From assembly GCA_965644495.1 (NCBI GenBank), contig CBFFSA010000004.1:930001-994000 (forward strand): a stretch of DNA of 64,000 nt. The letters run 5' to 3'. Position numbers and translations under genes: made by a program. Positions 63,282-64,000 of the stretch are shown piece by piece (position 1 is the stretch's first letter; each line of letters begins with the position of its first letter). This DNA comes from Perkinsela sp. CCAP 1560/9 (lineage: Eukaryota > Protista > Euglenozoa: Kinetoplastea). The notes beneath the pieces were generated by a model that was not told the DNA's origin, made no database searches, and saw nothing but the letters and a program-made list of their open reading frames with translations.

Positions 63282-64000
63282 GATACGTGTCCACCTCATT
63301 CCTGTCATTGAGTAATGCTACTTTTTCCATGTGAAGGGTAGTTATAAATTATTTCTTGCTTCACCAGGAAAAAGAGTAAAACAGAGTAGCACAGAATATA
63401 CTGGCTATCTAGTATACCATGTTCTTCGAGATACTTCTGCAAGTTTCCGAATACCTTGTTTTCAAAATTCATTTTTTGAGTGACACGCAACCCAGGGATG
63501 ACACGCACGTACATCAATGTATTCATTATGCTTTCAATTCGTACATGTTTTAACGTGCAACACAGTCGTTTAGCTGCCTTTTTACGGCTTTATGATATTC
63601 CCTAAAGTCCTTTTTGTATTAGTTGGTCTCTTAAGTTATGCACAACTCATTTTCTTACAGTGTTGATCACATCATTTAGTCGTACGGCGCTTCCAAATAA
63701 TGGTGCCTAGCTAATGTGAGCTTATTCATCAGTTCGTAATTATTTCATGCTTCTAGAGACACTTCTGGACAAGCTCTCTAGGTTTGAGAACCATTTTCCA
63801 AAGAGAAAAATGTTGTTGCATCTTCAATTCAATGACTCGGAAGTAAATGATACGAAGCATATTCAGTGGAAACTAATTAGTACAGCCCCTGATGTAGCAA
63901 ACGCCACATTGAGTTCTTCGATTCTTGAACAAGGCTGCATTGGTAATGATGGGTTTTCCTTTACCTACGTAGAGCAATTCGTCGCACTACTGCGAAGTTG

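Noticed and set aside
1-64000. tRNA, rRNA or SL RNA genes
   Set aside because: No cloverleaf with A/B boxes, rRNA signature or spliced-leader exon was recognised by eye; tRNAscan-SE or Infernal would be needed to exclude them.

Overview
This window is eukaryotic nuclear DNA with kinetoplastid-type organisation. About 30 intronless host genes lie head-to-tail on the + strand, often behind pyrimidine-tract/AG splice-acceptor-like sites, which fits a polycistronic, trans-spliced unit. The compact divergent genes and the LRR family resemble a Perkinsela-like kinetoplastid (inference). Recognisable genes: TGS1, a PUF protein, two DEAD-box helicases, UFD2, SPC12, MetRS, PIG-V, NAXE, RNASEK, VMP1, alanine aminotransferase, PCC1, ELF1, an RluA-type pseudouridine synthase, VPS45, presequence protease, DERA, uL14m and a LYR protein. 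There are also weaker XRCC2-, ORC3-, EDC4/Ge-1- and Mpe1/RBBP6-like candidates. The most unusual content is non-genic. (1) A nested class II transposon complex (53.7-61.4 kb) holds a head-to-tail tandem of a DUF6729/Mutator-like DDE element that lacks long TIRs. Its 998-aa transposase can be rebuilt exactly by removing a TA-flanked MITE, and the sister copy has a palindromic scar at the same site. (2) Three ~0.7-kb MITEs with unrelated termini carry the same motif, GCATTCRANAGMTCTC, 69-72 bp inside each end. (3) A ~540-nt densely base-paired RNA-like insert splits an LRR gene. (4) Sharp C-rich to G-rich skew inversions inside the UFD2 and alanine aminotransferase ORFs have the polarity expected of replication origins. 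All calls come from reading the sequence by eye; no database search was run.
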